DNA from: an uncultured Gammaproteobacteria bacterium
GTDB lineage: Bacteria; Patescibacteriota; Microgenomatia; Levybacterales; UBA12049
Reading direction: 5' to 3'
NCBI GenBank assembly: GCA_964610465.1
Contig: CAZSWA010000003.1
Coordinates: forward strand, 6,245 to 70,244
Length of the DNA stretch: 64,000 nucleotides
Shown here: piece after piece, positions 19,905 to 30,398 of the stretch
Layout of the letters: each line of letters starts with the position of its first letter
Position numbering within the stretch: position 1 is the stretch's first letter
The notes under the pieces: model-generated
What the model was told of the DNA's origin: nothing
The model's database searches: none
What the model saw: only the letters and a program-made list of their open reading frames with translations
Made by a program: the position numbers and the translations under genes

Positions 19905-20957
19905 ATGTTAAATCTAAATGACATTGAACATCTGAATAAAATTGATCCCCAAAATACAAGAGCATCCAGTGATTTGATTGTCAAACAATGCAAAGCAGCA
20001 TGGGAACAAGTCAATAATCTTGAGATTAAAGAAGACAAGGAAAATATTACCAACATTGTTTTTTGTGGAATGGGGGCATCTATATATGGCGCACTTGTTC
20101 TTAAAGCTCTTATGGGACGCACGATGCCTTTACCTACTGAAATAGTAAGTGATTATTTTTTACCTGATTATGTAGATAACCACACATTGGTTGTCCTAAC
20201 AAGCTACTCAGGTACTACAGAAGAAGTACTTTCCTGTGCAAATGAAGCAAAAGAGAAAAATGCCAAGATGCTTGTTCTTACCAAAGGCGGACCGCTTGCA
20301 GAATTTGCAAAAACCAATAAAGTCCCAGCTTATATTTTTGACAAAAAACTCAATCCTGCTGGAGTACCACGATTGGGAAATGGATATACCATTTTGGGAC
20401 TTATTGGATTACTCAATAAAATAGGTATAATTGACTTGGAAGAGCATGAAATTACGAATGCGATTATTCGTCTTGAAGAAAAATTTGAAGAGATTAAAAA
20501 TCAAGCATTTAATGATTATACAATGTTTGAAAATAAAATCCCGATTGTCTTTACTGCTGAATATTTATCAGGCAACGGACAAATTCTAAGAAACCAGTTC
20601 AATGAAACAAGCAAAGCATTTTCTGCATATTATGTAATTCCTGATCTCAACCATCATTTAATGGAAGGACTCAAATTCCCAAAGAAATCCCCTCTTTATT
20701 TTCTTATCCTTAATTCTCCTAATTTTTCTCCAAAAATTAAGAAGAGAGTTGAGCTGACAATGGATGTAGTAAGACAAAATAAACACAAAATTTATGAATT
20801 TATGACTAGTGGACAAACCATATATGATGATTTTCTGGAAGCTCTTACCTATGGAAGCTTTCTTACCCTCTATCTTTCACTTTCCTACAACCAAAACCCT
20901 GCGATAAATCCTTGGGTAGATTATTTTAAAGAGAAATTAGCTCAAGGAGAGAAATAA
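19905..20957 (+). CDS. Bifunctional phosphoglucose/phosphomannose isomerase (SIS)
   Basis: GMGAS, SYSGTTEE, PR, QFNETSK, PDLNHH. Confidence 0.88.
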   Translation: MLNLNDIEHLNKIDPQNTRASSDLIVKQCKAAWEQVNNLEIKEDKENITNIVFCGMGASIYGALVLKALMGRTMPLPTEIVSDYFLPDYVDNHTLVVLTSYSGTTEEVLSCANEAKEKNAKMLVLTKGGPLAEFAKTNKVPAYIFDKKLNPAGVPRLGNGYTILGLIGLLNKIGIIDLEEHEITNAIIRLEEKFEEIKNQAFNDYTMFENKIPIVFTAEYLSGNGQILRNQFNETSKAFSAYYVIPDLNHHLMEGLKFPKKSPLYFLILNSPNFSPKIKKRVELTMDVVRQNKHKIYEFMTSGQTIYDDFLEALTYGSFLTLYLSLSYNQNPAINPWVDYFKEKLAQGEK

Positions 20958-21335
20958 TTATTGTTTTGAAAGATATATTTTTATTTCCTTTATAAGGTCT
21001 GCTGGAGTTAATTGACTTTTGATAAGATATCCTGTTCCTAACGCAAGTGCTTCTTTTATTTCTACATCATCATTCAAATTAGTCAAAAACACTACGTTTT
21101 TATTTTTAATTGGCAGAAGTCCCTTATCGATGCTTTTTATCACATCGATACCGCTTAATTTTGGAAGTAAAATATCAAGAAGTATTAAATCCCAACCGCC
21201 TTGTTTGATTTTATCGAAGGCTTCTTCTCCATCAGTTGCACTATCTACATTATATCCTTCACCTTTGAGGGCCTCAAGATAAATATCACGCAGTAATTGA
21301 TCGTCTTCTACTACAAGTATTTTTGCTGAGTTCAT
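20958..21335 (-). CDS. Single-domain response regulator
   Basis: ILVVEDD, LLDILLP, FLTN, YLIK; start moved to ATG 21335. Confidence 0.88.
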   Translation of the reverse strand: MNSAKILVVEDDQLLRDIYLEALKGEGYNVDSATDGEEAFDKIKQGGWDLILLDILLPKLSGIDVIKSIDKGLLPIKNKNVVFLTNLNDDVEIKEALALGTGYLIKSQLTPADLIKEIKIYLSKQ

Positions 21336-21415
21336 TGATATAATCCTAGCATTATTATAATAAATAATCAACCTAATTTCTAAGAATTTTTTCTGCTATA
21401 ATTATTATTATTTAA

Positions 21416-23446
21416 ATGGTGAATCAACTTCAAACTTATAAAAAAGTGTTTTATTCATGTATCCTTTTTCTGTTTTTCTCCTCTGTTTTTTTTCTTTATT
21501 TACATAATATTACACAAGATATATATAGTGGTGATATTGGAGATTTAGTAACTGCTTCCTATGTCTTTGGAGTACCTCATCCTCCTGGATATCCTCTCTT
21601 TACATTTTTGGGTTTTCTTTTTTCTCATATACCATTTTCTTTTCCTGTTGTATCACGCGTTGCTCTCATCTCATTCTTATCATCGTGGCTTGGTCTCATC
21701 GTTTTGTATAAATTTGCGAAGAAAGTAAGTAATGATATATTTATTTCTCTTCTTGCGACTTCCATTCTTGCATTTTCTTATCTCTATTGGCTACATGCTG
21801 AAGTACCAGAAGCATTTGGATTGAATAATTTTTTTGTAATAGCACTCTTCTATATATCTTATCTTTTTTATAAAGAAAAGAAAGTGTGGCAATTTTATCT
21901 CCTCTGTTTTTGTATGGGATTGTCTCTTACTCATCATCAAACTATTTTGTTTATTTTCCCGGGTTTGTTTTTGCTTCTTTTAAAAAACCTAAAATATGTT
22001 TTTAAGAAGAAAAAAAGGATATTGCTTGCTTTCCTTAGTTTTATTGTAGGATTTTTCCCTTATCTCTATGTTCTCATCGCTGCATCACATAATCCAATTA
22101 TTAACTGGGATAATGCTTATAATTTTCAAAATCTAATTCATTTAATATTAAGAAAAGATTATGGTTTTGCGCCAGCAATTGTAAATGAAGTGCCCTTTGC
22201 GGTCAAAATAATCCAGGTAAAAAGTTATTTTGAGTCGCTTATCATATTTTACTCATATCAAGTACTGTTCTTAGCACTACTTGGGGTTATCAAACTGATA
22301 AAAATTGATAGATTATTATTTGTCAGTCTTTTCATATCTTTCCTGTTTTCTGGACCTGCATATATATTTTATGGCGCAAATATTACTACAGAAGCTGCTG
22401 GTATGGGCATAATTGAACGGTTCTATCTAATATCAGCAATTATCCTCATGTTTTTCGTAATATACGGGCTTGTTTTTGTGAAAGAGTTGTTAAATCACAT
22501 ATTATCAAAAAAAATATATACTTTTATTTTATTATCTTATTTTCTTATTATTCCATTCTTTCTTGTAAAATATAATTTTGAAAAAACCAACCTTTCCCAA
22601 TCACATATTGGTAATAATTTAGCAATAGATATTTTGTCATCTCTCCCTAAAAATGCAGTTATATTCGTGTCAGGAGATACGACATCGTTTAATATTTGGT
22701 ATGTCCATTATGTATTAGGTTTCAGACCTGATGTAAATATTATTAACCCGCCAGGTGTTGGAGGAAATATTTATTTTGATAATCAAATTAACCGCTATCA
22801 CAAACTACATCCTTCAATAAAGCTTACAAACCTTGTTGCTCAAACACTTGAAGATATACGAAAAAGACATAGTGTGTATACTACATATGAAATCTCTTCT
22901 ATTCCCAAACATACAATTCTTCTTCCAAAAGGCTTAATATACGAAATGACATATGATAATGCTATGCCTACTAAACAAGAGTATATTAGAAGTGTTGAAC
23001 CTGTCCTTAATACAATACACCGAGTACGTAGTCAGACATTACTACCATATGATGATAACTTGATTGCTTCTGAAATACCTATGATTTATTCAAATGCATT
23101 AGTAAGAGTTGGAGATTTTTTATTTTCCTATTATCATGATTCAGCAACTCCTGAGCATTATTATAGAAGAGCATTATGGTTTGATGATAAAAATCCTGCT
23201 GCATACGCAGGACTTTCACTTAGCCAATATAAAGCCTACAATGATTGCCCAAACTCTATTGAGAACATGAATTCTGCAATCGATATTTATCCTATATGGA
23301 AAACGTACTATCTTCAACTTTATCTACTCTATAAGAGATGTAACACTTCTCAAAAGATCGTAAATAAGTATAAAGAAAGATACTATTCACTATTTAAAAT
23401 TTCTATAGATACTGACCTTACAAATAGTACAAAAAGAAAGATATAA
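21416..23446 (+). CDS. DUF2723/TMEM260-like membrane glycosyltransferase with C-terminal TPR-like region
   Basis: GDIGDL...GVPHPPGYPL, THHQT, WDN, GDTTSF. Confidence 0.82.
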   Translation: MVNQLQTYKKVFYSCILFLFFSSVFFLYLHNITQDIYSGDIGDLVTASYVFGVPHPPGYPLFTFLGFLFSHIPFSFPVVSRVALISFLSSWLGLIVLYKFAKKVSNDIFISLLATSILAFSYLYWLHAEVPEAFGLNNFFVIALFYISYLFYKEKKVWQFYLLCFCMGLSLTHHQTILFIFPGLFLLLLKNLKYVFKKKKRILLAFLSFIVGFFPYLYVLIAASHNPIINWDNAYNFQNLIHLILRKDYGFAPAIVNEVPFAVKIIQVKSYFESLIIFYSYQVLFLALLGVIKLIKIDRLLFVSLFISFLFSGPAYIFYGANITTEAAGMGIIERFYLISAIILMFFVIYGLVFVKELLNHILSKKIYTFILLSYFLIIPFFLVKYNFEKTNLSQSHIGNNLAIDILSSLPKNAVIFVSGDTTSFNIWYVHYVLGFRPDVNIINPPGVGGNIYFDNQINRYHKLHPSIKLTNLVAQTLEDIRKRHSVYTTYEISSIPKHTILLPKGLIYEMTYDNAMPTKQEYIRSVEPVLNTIHRVRSQTLLPYDDNLIASEIPMIYSNALVRVGDFLFSYYHDSATPEHYYRRALWFDDKNPAAYAGLSLSQYKAYNDCPNSIENMNSAIDIYPIWKTYYLQLYLLYKRCNTSQKIVNKYKERYYSLFKISIDTDLTNSTKRKI

Positions 23447-23454
23447 TTTTCTTC

Positions 23455-24600
23455 ATGAAACTTGTTTTTTTCACTTATAGCACACTTGAGTATGGAGGCG
23501 GTGTAGCAAGATATTTTATAGATATTGCTTCTCAACTCAAAAAACAACACCGTTCTTTAGATATTACAATTGTTACATTTCATGAATCGTTACTTAAAAA
23601 AATACTATTTGTCTACTCGATATATTTTACAAAAAAAATTGATACAGTCCTTTTTAAAGAGAGAGAAGAATTTGATGAAAAACTTAATAACATTCACTAT
23701 ATAAAAGTGAAAAAACTATCAGAACTTCATAAGTATCTTCAACAGGCAAATAGAATATATACAACAAATAATCTGCTAGAGTTATTAATCCTCAATACAC
23801 TTTCTTATAAATATCTTCTTCCCCAATTTATAATTGGTTTTCATATCCCTATGTATTATCCCATTAGTTCATCTTTCCAAAATAAAATTCATAATAGAAT
23901 ATATAAATCAGTTTTTTATTATAAACTATTATCGAAAGCTGAAAAGCTTCATGTAATAAACATTCATGATGAAAAAATTCTATTGACACATTTTCCTAAA
24001 AATAAAATCTATAAAATATACAATCCTTTTAATTCCCTAGAATTTAATACATTAAAAGAAAAGCTTTCTAAGAGTAGGAATCAGAAAATTAATATCCTCT
24101 GGATAGGACGATTGACAGAACAAAAGGGAGTTTCCGATTTACTTTCTCTTATAGTGAAAATTAACTCTTCCAAATATAAAAATAAACTAACTTGGAACAT
24201 TGTAGGTGAAGGTGAATTACGTTCTCAAATCATATTACTCCAAAAGGACTTTACTAATGTACGTTATTTAGGATATATATCTCATAATCAATTAGCAAGT
24301 ATTTATACAAAAAATGACATATTTATTTGTACAAGTCATTGGGAAAGTTTCCCTTATACACTTTTAGAAGCACAAAGTTTCAATTTACCTGTTATTTCCT
24401 ATAATATAGATGGGTGTAATGATATAATAGAGAACGGAATAAATGGCTATCTTGTAAATACGCTTACTGAATTTGAGAAAAGAATTTTAGAGTTTAGTAA
24501 AAATAATACCTTTAAGAATAAAGATATACGAGGTTACATTAAAAAAAAGTTTGAATATAAAGAGCAACTTAAAAGCTTATATAAGTTATTACACGATTAA
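23455..24600 (+). CDS. GT4 glycosyltransferase
   Basis: GGVAR, GRLTEQKG, ESFPYTLLEA, NGYLV. Confidence 0.9.
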   Translation: MKLVFFTYSTLEYGGGVARYFIDIASQLKKQHRSLDITIVTFHESLLKKILFVYSIYFTKKIDTVLFKEREEFDEKLNNIHYIKVKKLSELHKYLQQANRIYTTNNLLELLILNTLSYKYLLPQFIIGFHIPMYYPISSSFQNKIHNRIYKSVFYYKLLSKAEKLHVINIHDEKILLTHFPKNKIYKIYNPFNSLEFNTLKEKLSKSRNQKINILWIGRLTEQKGVSDLLSLIVKINSSKYKNKLTWNIVGEGELRSQIILLQKDFTNVRYLGYISHNQLASIYTKNDIFICTSHWESFPYTLLEAQSFNLPVISYNIDGCNDIIENGINGYLVNTLTEFEKRILEFSKNNTFKNKDIRGYIKKKFEYKEQLKSLYKLLHD

Positions 24601-24602
24601 CT

Positions 24603-25244
24603 ATGACAAACTATTATGATACTACTTATTTTAAATGGCAAAAAAAAGCAGGCGAATATGGCGCAAATCAAGATTTATGGATGTATAAAGATTATGTAAA
24701 ACCTTCTGATACTGTTCTGGATTTTGGTTGTGGCGGCGGCTACATGCTCAAAAAATTACATTGTAAAAATAAATACGGGATAGATATTAATCCAGTTGCA
24801 AGAAAGTTAGCAAAAGAAAAAGATATCCATGTATTTCAAAGTATTAAACAGCTTCCTAAAAATGTAAAATTTGATGTTATCATTTCTCACCATACCCTTG
24901 AGCATGTCACTGACCCCGCAAATATCTTAAAACAGTTGCGTATTCGTCTTAAGAAAAACGGTACTATTATATGTGTAGTTCCTATTGACGATTGGAGAAC
25001 TCAAAAAAAATATAATGCGGAAGATATAAATCAACATCTCTATACCTGGACTTCTCAACTTCTAGGAAATCTATTTGTAACTTGTGGATATAAAATCAAT
25101 AGCATTAATATACTTTCTTTCATGTGGCTTCCATTAAGCAGATATTATTATCGCTATATACCAAAACCTTTGTATTATTTTATGAGCAGGATTTGGAGTG
25201 AAGTTATATTATCCCGCCAGATTAGAATAGTTGCTCAAATATAA
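24603..25244 (+). CDS. Class I SAM-dependent methyltransferase
   Basis: VLDFGCGGG, FDVI, HTLEHV. Confidence 0.88.
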   Translation: MTNYYDTTYFKWQKKAGEYGANQDLWMYKDYVKPSDTVLDFGCGGGYMLKKLHCKNKYGIDINPVARKLAKEKDIHVFQSIKQLPKNVKFDVIISHHTLEHVTDPANILKQLRIRLKKNGTIICVVPIDDWRTQKKYNAEDINQHLYTWTSQLLGNLFVTCGYKINSINILSFMWLPLSRYYYRYIPKPLYYFMSRIWSEVILSRQIRIVAQI

Positions 25245-25253
25245 AACTACGAC

Positions 25254-25961
25254 ATGCTAAAACTAAGATTGTTTTTTCATCCTCACTTTGTAATCAAATA
25301 TTATCTTTATAAGGATTTGAAAGCTATTACTAGCAACTATTCATTCAAGGGAAGAATCTTGGATATTGGATGCGGGAATAAACCGTATCAAGACTTATTT
25401 AAACCCGCTATTTATAAAGGAATTGATTTTAAAAAATTTTCAAGTAATTCAGAATTTAGTATCAATAAGCCTGACTATTACTTTCGCGCTCCCTATCTCT
25501 CAACTTTTAAATTACCATTTGTTTCCACTTATTTTGATTCAGTTGTTTCTTTTCAGGTACTTGAACATCATCCAGAAGTAGTTACTTTTATACGCGAAGC
25601 AGTAAGAGTAACAAAAAAGCACGGATTAATCATTATAAGCTTCCCTTTTATTTGGGGATTGCATGAAGAACCAAATGATTATCAACGACTTACTCATTAT
25701 AGTATCATTAGACAATTCAAAAAAAATAAATGTAAGATGATTAAAATAAAGACTCAAGGCTCTATTGCTTCAACAAATATGATGCTTCTCATGGATTATC
25801 TAATTGAACTATCTCATAAAGGGAAAATACATTATATTATTGCTTTATTGCTATACCCATTCTTTTTAGTTGCAAGTTATTTCTCTTTGGCAGTTGATAC
25901 GATATGCAAGTCAAATAAAGTATTTTTGAATTACATAGTAGTAGCACAAAAACTCGAGTAA
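25254..25961 (+). CDS. Class I SAM-dependent methyltransferase (glycan-locus type)
   Basis: ILDIGCG, QVLEH, PFIWGLHEEPNDYQR. Confidence 0.88.
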   Translation: MLKLRLFFHPHFVIKYYLYKDLKAITSNYSFKGRILDIGCGNKPYQDLFKPAIYKGIDFKKFSSNSEFSINKPDYYFRAPYLSTFKLPFVSTYFDSVVSFQVLEHHPEVVTFIREAVRVTKKHGLIIISFPFIWGLHEEPNDYQRLTHYSIIRQFKKNKCKMIKIKTQGSIASTNMMLLMDYLIELSHKGKIHYIIALLLYPFFLVASYFSLAVDTICKSNKVFLNYIVVAQKLE

Positions 25962-25985
25962 TAAAGCTGGCTGATACTACAAGTA

Positions 25986-26990
25986 TTAAACCATTTCTTC
26001 CGCAAAAGTATAGGCCTCTTGAAGTGGAAATTGCTTAATATAATTTATTCGTATTTTCCCTTTTGTATTTATCTTACCGGGTATTGAAAAAAATTCATGT
26101 AATAATCCGGCTGCGTATGAAAAATGAATTAGTGGAAATAATAATGGCATACATAAAACCAAAATTATTTTTTTATATTTGATAGCTGCCTTTACTGAAG
26201 TCGCTATTCCCAATACCAAATACAAAAAGAGGGGTGTTAAATACCAAAAAGGATGAATAATAATAAGACTAAAAATATAAAGGATAAATGCAATCGGGCT
26301 CATCAAGAGAAAATCTTGAGGAATAAATTCTTTTTTTATTTGCTTCATCCGACCGCTTCCATAATGACTAAATTGCTTAATGAGTTGATACACAGTACCC
26401 CTATGATAACGATAGATAAACATACTCTGGTTGTACTCTAATTCATAACCTTTTGTCTTAAGTCTTCGGAGGAGCTCTGTTTCTTCATTTGGCACGATTG
26501 TTTCATCAAATCCTCCCACTTTTAGTACTGCAGTCTTTCGTAATGCAAGATTTGCTCCAATAAGCTGGTATTCATTGGCTTTTGTGACTTTTGTTTTTTG
26601 CCTGCTATAGCGAAAACGCATTCTCATGGCACCAAAATAAGTTTCAAGAGTATAGCCAATAAGTTGGCTCACAAAATTGCCGTCCTTGTAGCTAAAAAGG
26701 CTTGGGCCGCCAACAGCCGCAATATTGGGATTGGTAAAGGCTTTAGCGATAAGTTTAAACGCCTTTGGATTGACTTGTGAATCGTTATCTAAAAGGTAGA
26801 GTATCTTTCCTTTTGAATTTTTTATACCGATATTTCGCTGCTTGGCGATATGTCGTCCTTCTATAATAAGAATCTCAATGAGCTGTTTTGGATAATCTAC
26901 TCTTCGTAAAGACTCTAAAACTACTTGTGGATTGGTATCAGGAAGAATAGGAATATTTACAGATATTCTGGGCAAGTAACTTTTCTGCAC
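25986..26990 (-). CDS. GT2 glycosyltransferase with C-terminal TMs
   Basis: RNIG, LLDND, VGGFDE, EETEL; GTG start. Confidence 0.85.
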   Translation of the reverse strand: MQKSYLPRISVNIPILPDTNPQVVLESLRRVDYPKQLIEILIIEGRHIAKQRNIGIKNSKGKILYLLDNDSQVNPKAFKLIAKAFTNPNIAAVGGPSLFSYKDGNFVSQLIGYTLETYFGAMRMRFRYSRQKTKVTKANEYQLIGANLALRKTAVLKVGGFDETIVPNEETELLRRLKTKGYELEYNQSMFIYRYHRGTVYQLIKQFSHYGSGRMKQIKKEFIPQDFLLMSPIAFILYIFSLIIIHPFWYLTPLFLYLVLGIATSVKAAIKYKKIILVLCMPLLFPLIHFSYAAGLLHEFFSIPGKINTKGKIRINYIKQFPLQEAYTFAEEMV

Positions 26991-27051
26991 ATACTAATAA
27001 TAAACTCAAATCAAGAAAAAAAGCAAGAAGAATTTCAAGAAAAACTTAGAG

Positions 27052-27540
27052 CTATCGAGTAACGTTGATCGTAGAACCCAATTCTGCAGCTGGAGCTGAA
27101 ACGGTAAGTCTGTTACTCCCACCTGCACCTGTAATGGCTTGAATGGTATATCCTGTTGTCCATGTGGTACCAGTACATCCTGATGATTGAACAGGTTGTG
27201 CTCCACCCGCTGTTAACGGGTCAACTGGAAGTGCTGCAATATACTGGGGAACTACTGCAGTACAGAATGTATTAAACGCAGTTGCAGCAATAGTTTGGGC
27301 TGTGGTGGTAATCCCTGGAGGCAACGTGCCTTTGTTGTCTGCCATATATTGATTGGTAGCATTCAGGATTGCATTGACATCTGCGCTTCTTTTAGTATTG
27401 TTTGATTGAGAAAACTGTCGCGCCGGGTTAATAGCAATAAGAGTGATTGCGAGTAAGATTGCAAGGATTCCGATGACAACCAAAAGCTCGATAAGAGTAA
27501 ACCCTTTTCCCTGTCTTTTGATAAGCAGTTGTTTATTCAT
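27052..27540 (-). CDS. Type IV major pilin, copy A
   Basis: KG|FTLIELLVVI class III signal; LPVDP; two Cys. Confidence 0.92.
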   Translation of the reverse strand: MNKQLLIKRQGKGFTLIELLVVIGILAILLAITLIAINPARQFSQSNNTKRSADVNAILNATNQYMADNKGTLPPGITTTAQTIAATAFNTFCTAVVPQYIAALPVDPLTAGGAQPVQSSGCTGTTWTTGYTIQAITGAGGSNRLTVSAPAAELGSTINVTR

Positions 27541-28210
27541 AATCTATATTAAGATTTACATAAACTCTACCGTTTGTCAAGATATCAGTTTTGTATCTTA
27601 CAGATTTCATACCAGCCACTTGATTTCTTTATATAGTACAAAAAAAAGAATATTCTTGTTTAATTCTGTTTTAAGTTTTATCTTGTTACTGTAATCGTAG
27701 AACCCAATTCTGCAGCTGGAGCTGAAACGGTAAGTCTGTTACTCCCTGCAATTTGTTGAATCATATATCCTGTTGTCCATGTGGTACCAGTACATCCTGA
27801 TGATTGAACAGGTTGTGCTCCACCCGCTGTTAACGGGTCAACTGGAAGTGCTGCAATATACTGGGGAACTACTGCAGTACAGAATGTATTAAACGCAGTT
27901 GCAGCAATAGTTTGGGCTGTGGTGGTAATCCCTGGAGGCAACGTGCCTTTGTTGTCTGCCATATATTGATTGGTAGCATTCAGGATTGCATTGACATCTG
28001 CGCTTCTTTTAGTATTGTTTGATTGAGAAAACTGTCGCGCCGGGTTAATAGCAATAAGAGTGATTGCGAGTAAGATTGCAAGGATTCCGATGACAACCAA
28101 AAGCTCGATAAGAGTAAACCCTTTTCCCTGTCTTTTGATAAGCAGTTGTTTATTCATAATCTATATTAAGATTTACATAAACTCTACCGTTTGTCAAGAT
28201 ATCAGTTTTG
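27147..28210. repeat. Direct repeat: 27147-27593 = 27764-28210 (447 bp, no mismatch seen), plus 27068-27120 = 27694-27746 (53 bp)
   Basis: Line-by-line comparison; the repeat includes 53 bp upstream of ATG, containing TTGACA. Confidence 0.95.
27678..28157 (-). CDS. Type IV major pilin, copy B
   Basis: Same as copy A except for the C-terminal loop and tail. Confidence 0.92.
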   Translation of the reverse strand: MNKQLLIKRQGKGFTLIELLVVIGILAILLAITLIAINPARQFSQSNNTKRSADVNAILNATNQYMADNKGTLPPGITTTAQTIAATAFNTFCTAVVPQYIAALPVDPLTAGGAQPVQSSGCTGTTWTTGYMIQQIAGSNRLTVSAPAAELGSTITVTR

Positions 28211-28246
28211 CGTGCTCAGTTTACATTCGTGACACAGGTCACTGGA

Positions 28247-29464
28247 TTATAAATTGAGTTTGACAAGAAGAATATCAACTCTATAACCTGTTACACTTGT
28301 ATCTTCATGTACAATAGTATCTGTAGTAAATTTACCTATTATTGAGAGTATTTCATCCCGTATATCCTGAGGAACTTTTTTAGAAAAATTTATTACCGTT
28401 TTTAAAGATGTAGTGGAAGACGAATCTTGTACTGTTACTTTTTTATATCCACTCTGTGTTAAACTCTCTTTGAGTATATTTACTTGTTTTGCCGTGTTGC
28501 TCGTATTGATAATTGTAACTGTTAGAGATTTTTCCTTAAGCAAGGCTGAACTACTTGATATAAGAGCAGCTGAAGAACTTGCTTCAGGCGTAACAATAGG
28601 TGGAAGTAGTGTTGGAGATGACACTACCACAGACGGTGTAGTAACAGCAGGTTTTGAAGGTGACTGATTGGATATAATATAGACTGCAATAAGAACCCCG
28701 ATAAGAATGACAAAAATTCCAAGAAGAATAAAAACGCGTAAATTACCGGAGGATTTTTTCGCAGCAGGAGGAGATAGAGATATTGTGTCAGTATTTGCGG
28801 CTTGTTCTGCCTGGGCCTGGATTTCGATATTGGTTTTTGAGGCAAGAAGATTTTCCTGTTTAAAACTGTCAAGTTTTTTAAAAACCATATTTGCTGTCTC
28901 TTTATTTAAATCACTTGTTAATTTTATTTTGGGTTCATAAAGAAATGCCGGAATTACCAAATCTATATGAAAGTCATATTTTTCAAAAACTGATTTAATC
29001 GCTTGATAAAAATTACTATTGGCAGCAAGTACTCTTATTCCGTTTTGTATAGGATATCTCTTACTTATAATATCTTCAAAAGGTACCGCATCAAGATAAT
29101 TTTTAATTGATGTTTCTAAGTCTTCCTGAGGAGCTGTTGGGGAGGCCGATTGATTTGCAGAAGTCCCAGTAGTTTGTGCAGATTTTTGTGGTTTTTTATT
29201 GGCCTGGTCTTTTGCGGAAGATTTAGAAAATTCTTTTATAAAAAGCGTGTCATTGGAAAGTATGATAGCCAAATTACGTGAAGTAATTTTGTTGGTATCC
29301 AAAAATTGCTTTATCCTGGTATCAAGAATTTCTTTATTGATAATATCAGTGTGCAGTATTGCATCCGTTTCAAATGTAAATTGATAAACAGATGGCAAGT
29401 CCGGAGCGTACAGATTTAATTTATCTCTTTGTAAATAAAGTATTCCTGATTGACCTTTTGTCAT
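28247..29464 (-). CDS. Pilus-associated bitopic protein (degenerate PilM-like N-domain?, TM, S/T/P linker, LytR_C-like domain)
   Basis: TAATG coupling to the upstream gene; C-terminal TVTIINTS...LTQSGY...TVINF...VDILL. Confidence 0.55.
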   Translation of the reverse strand: MTKGQSGILYLQRDKLNLYAPDLPSVYQFTFETDAILHTDIINKEILDTRIKQFLDTNKITSRNLAIILSNDTLFIKEFSKSSAKDQANKKPQKSAQTTGTSANQSASPTAPQEDLETSIKNYLDAVPFEDIISKRYPIQNGIRVLAANSNFYQAIKSVFEKYDFHIDLVIPAFLYEPKIKLTSDLNKETANMVFKKLDSFKQENLLASKTNIEIQAQAEQAANTDTISLSPPAAKKSSGNLRVFILLGIFVILIGVLIAVYIISNQSPSKPAVTTPSVVVSSPTLLPPIVTPEASSSAALISSSSALLKEKSLTVTIINTSNTAKQVNILKESLTQSGYKKVTVQDSSSTTSLKTVINFSKKVPQDIRDEILSIIGKFTTDTIVHEDTSVTGYRVDILLVKLNL

Positions 29465-29880
29465 TAGTAAATTACCCTCCATGTTTGTATTGATAGTACA
29501 TTATTCACCCAATTCACTGTTGCTTGTACCTTTCTTACAAAATTTCCTTCCTGACCTTGCGATAGTATGATATAAGGATTTCCTCCACTTACCTGCACAG
29601 TCGCTGATGGAGTCGCAATCGATCCAGATGGACTTCCTACATATAATGTTTCACCTTTATAAGTAGGATCCCTCAACAATCTTAGTATAGCATTTTCTAC
29701 ACCACTTTCTGCAACCATATATGCAATTTCACCTTCCTGAATTTTTGTACTGGAGTTTGTGTTTAAAACTATAATAATTACACTCGCAGAAATAATCGTT
29801 ACTGCAACCACTACGAAAAGTAAAAGCGTAATTAATGCTTGCCCTTTTTGTAATTTTTTTATCTGTAAGTTTTTTTTCAT
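29464..29880 (-). CDS. Minor pilin, PilX-like
   Basis: KG|QALITLL, AYMVAESGVENAI. Confidence 0.8.
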   Translation of the reverse strand: MKKNLQIKKLQKGQALITLLLFVVVAVTIISASVIIIVLNTNSSTKIQEGEIAYMVAESGVENAILRLLRDPTYKGETLYVGSPSGSIATPSATVQVSGGNPYIILSQGQEGNFVRKVQATVNWVNNVLSIQTWRVIY

Positions 29881-30398
29881 TGTAAACCAACTGTTGTACT
29901 AAAATTCCGTGTTTCAGGTTTTCCTGTAGTACGACTAGTTTTGCTAGTGACAGTAAATGTGATTTTAACTGTATCAGTATTGCTTCCTCCATTGCCTATT
30001 CGTAAGAAATTGAGATTTGATACTGTAGTGTCATAGCTATTTAAATTATCTGTGCCATTTGCATCTGTAATCTGGAAATTACCATTACCGTCAGTTGCAT
30101 AGGTATAGTTTATCGCGTTGGAAGTAATTTGCAATGTAGCACCTTGCTGACCAGGACTTGCAGGGACATTGATAGTATCCGCTGAATTTATATCATATAG
30201 AAGTCTTGATAGAATAAATTTCCCGTCCTGTTCAACATCTGATGAAGATTGAGATTCAAGTCCCACATCTAAAACAGTAGAAAAAATACTTGAAAGGCTT
30301 GCAATAAGCAAGGTCAATACTCCCATATAGATAAGTAACTCAATAAGAGTATATCCTTTCGCATAAGATTGTTTTCTATATTTTGCAAAAATTTTCAT
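29877..30398 (-). CDS. Minor pilin, PilW-like
   Basis: KG|YTLIELLIY. Confidence 0.85.
   Translation of the reverse strand: MKIFAKYRKQSYAKGYTLIELLIYMGVLTLLIASLSSIFSTVLDVGLESQSSSDVEQDGKFILSRLLYDINSADTINVPASPGQQGATLQITSNAINYTYATDGNGNFQITDANGTDNLNSYDTTVSNLNFLRIGNGGSNTDTVKITFTVTSKTSRTTGKPETRNFSTTVGLQ

Noticed and set aside
27052-28210. Pilin repeat as a DGR template/variable repeat pair
   Set aside because: Differences are not adenine-specific, include a 9-bp indel, and no reverse transcriptase is in the window.
27443-28257. Duplicated plus-strand ORFs MIASKIARIP...
   Set aside because: Antisense shadows of the duplicated pilin genes.
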